Of a stretch of 64,000 nt of DNA, positions 62,169 to 64,000 are shown in pieces. Source of the DNA: the human T2T-CHM13v2.0 reference genome, Homo sapiens. The notes beneath the pieces are model-generated. The model did not search any database and was not told the origin of the DNA. It was given only the letters and a program-made list of their open reading frames with translations. The translations under genes were made by a program, and so were the position numbers. The DNA lies in the NCBI RefSeq assembly GCF_009914755.1, contig NC_060926.1. One strand, 5' to 3'. Position 1 is the stretch's first letter; each line of letters opens with the position of its first letter.

Positions 62169-64000
62169 GAAGATGGCCGAATAGGAACAGCTCCGGTCTA
62201 CAGCTCCCAGCGTGAGCGATGCAGAAGACGGGTGATTTCTGCATTTCCATCTGAGGTACCAGGTTCATCTCACTAGGGAGTGCCAGACAGTGGGCGCAGG
62301 TCAGTGGGTGTGCAAACCATGCACGAGCCGAAGCAGGGCGAGGCATTGCGTCACTTGGGAAGCGCAAGGGGTCAGGGAGTTCCCTTTCCAAGTCAAAGAA
62401 AGGGGTGACAGACGCACCTGGAAAATCGGGTCACTCCCACCCGAATATTGCACCTTTCGGACCAGCTTAAAAAACAGCGCACCACGAGATTATATCCCAC
62501 ACCTGGCTCGGAGGGTCCTACGCCCACGGAGTCTCACTGATTGCTAGCACAGCAGTCTGAGATCAAACTGCAAGGCGGCAGCGAGGCTGGGGAAGGGGCG
62601 CCCGCCATTGCCCAGGCTTGCTTAGGTAAACAAAGCAGCCGGGAAGCTCGAACTGGGTGGAGCCCACCACAGCTCAAGGAGGCCTGCCTGCCTCTGCAGG
62701 CTCCACCTCTGGTGGCAGGGCACAGACAAACAAAAAGACAGCAGTAACCTCTGCAGACTTAAATGTCCCTGTCTGACAGCTTTGAAGAGAGCAGTGGTTC
62801 TCCCAGCACACAGTTGGAGATCTGAGAATGGGCAGACTGCCTCCTCAAGTGGGTCCCTGACCCCTGACCCCCGAGCAGCCTAACTGGGAGGCACCCCCCA
62901 GCAGGGGCACACTGACACCTCACACAGCAGGGTATTCCAACAGACCTGCAGCTGAGGGTCCTGTCTGTTTGTTAGAAGGAAAACTAACAAACAGAAAGGA
63001 CATCCACACCAAAAACCCATCTTTACATCACCATCATCAAAGACCAAAAGTAGATAAAACACAAAGATGGGGGAAAAACAGAACAGAAAAACTGGAAACT
63101 CTAAAACGCAGAGCGCCTCTCCTCCACCAAAGGAACGCAGTTCCTCACCAGCAACGGAACAAAGCTGGATGGAGAATGACTTTGACGAGCTGAGAGAAGA
63201 AGGCTTCAGACGATCAAATTACTCCGAGCTATGGGAGGACATTCAAACCAAAGGCAAAGAAGTTGAAAACTTTGAAAAAAATTTAGAAGAATGTATAACT
63301 AGAATAACCAATACAGAAAAGTGCTTAAAGGGGCTGATGGAGCTGAAAACCAAGGCTCGAGAACTACGTGAAGAATGCAGAAGCCTCAGGAGCCGATGCA
63401 ATCAACTGGAAGAAAGGGTATCAGCAATGGAAGATGAAATGAATGAAATGAAGTGAGAAGGGAAGTTTAGAGAAAAAAGAATAAAAAGAAATGAGCAAAG
63501 CCTCCAAGAAATATGGGACTACGTGAAAAGACCAAATCTATGTCTGATTGGTGTACCTGAAAGTGACGGGGAGAATGGAACCAAGCTGGAAAACACTCTG
63601 CAGGAGATTATCCAGGAGAACTTCCCCAATCTAGCAAGGCAGGCCAACGCTCAGATTCAGGAAATACAGAGAACGCCACAAAGATACTCCTCGAGAAGAG
63701 CAACTCCAAGACACATAATTGTCAGATTCACCAAAGTTGAAATGAAGGAAAAAATGTTAAGGGCAGCCAGAGAGAAAGGTCGGGTTACCCTCAAAGGGAA
63801 GCCCATCAGACTAACAGCAGATCTCTTGGCAGAAACCCTACAAGCCAGAAGAGAGTGGGGGCCAATATTCAACATTCTTAAAGAAAAGAATTTTCAACCC
63901 AGAATTTCATATCCAGCCAAACTAAGCTTCATAAGTGAAGGAGAAATAAAATACTTTACAAACAAGCAAATGCTGGGAGATTTTGTCACCACCAGGCCTG
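62169..64000 (+). mobile_element. Young L1PA2-like element, 5' UTR + ORF1 (runs off the window)
   Basis: AAGATGGCCGAATAGGAACAGCTCCGG start; CpG-rich 5' UTR; GCAGGGTATTCCAACAG junction lacking the 129-bp segment; AACAAACAGAAAGG. Confidence 0.95.
63067..64000 (+). pseudogene. L1 ORF1p with a nonsense codon at 130
   Basis: MGEKQNRKTGNSK...EMNEMK, then TGA at 63454-63456 (consensus CGA). The same frame continues EGKFREKR...ARREWG...YPAKLS to the window end. Confidence 0.95.

Overview
This is primate (most likely human) genomic DNA, not microbial. It is AT-rich, CpG-depleted and dominated by interspersed repeats: Alu, L1, L2, MIR, MaLR/ERVL LTRs and hAT DNA transposons. I see no convincing protein-coding exon. 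The only ORFs with recognisable products are broken L1 ORF1/ORF2 pieces. The right ~18 kb is a nested stack of L1 insertions whose order can be read from target-site duplications (TSDs). It includes a full-length L1PA6/7-like element and the 5' end of a young L1PA2-like element. The most unusual observations are: (i) an ancient ~385-bp direct duplication with a solo MLT1 LTR at its junction; (ii) two near-identical 31-bp modules, each with an RFX X-box, 6.4 kb apart in otherwise unique sequence; (iii) a young AluYi6-type insertion. I found no evidence of a new biological system. Repeat subfamily names come from recalled consensus features and need RepeatMasker/Dfam confirmation. Boundaries of old repeats are approximate.
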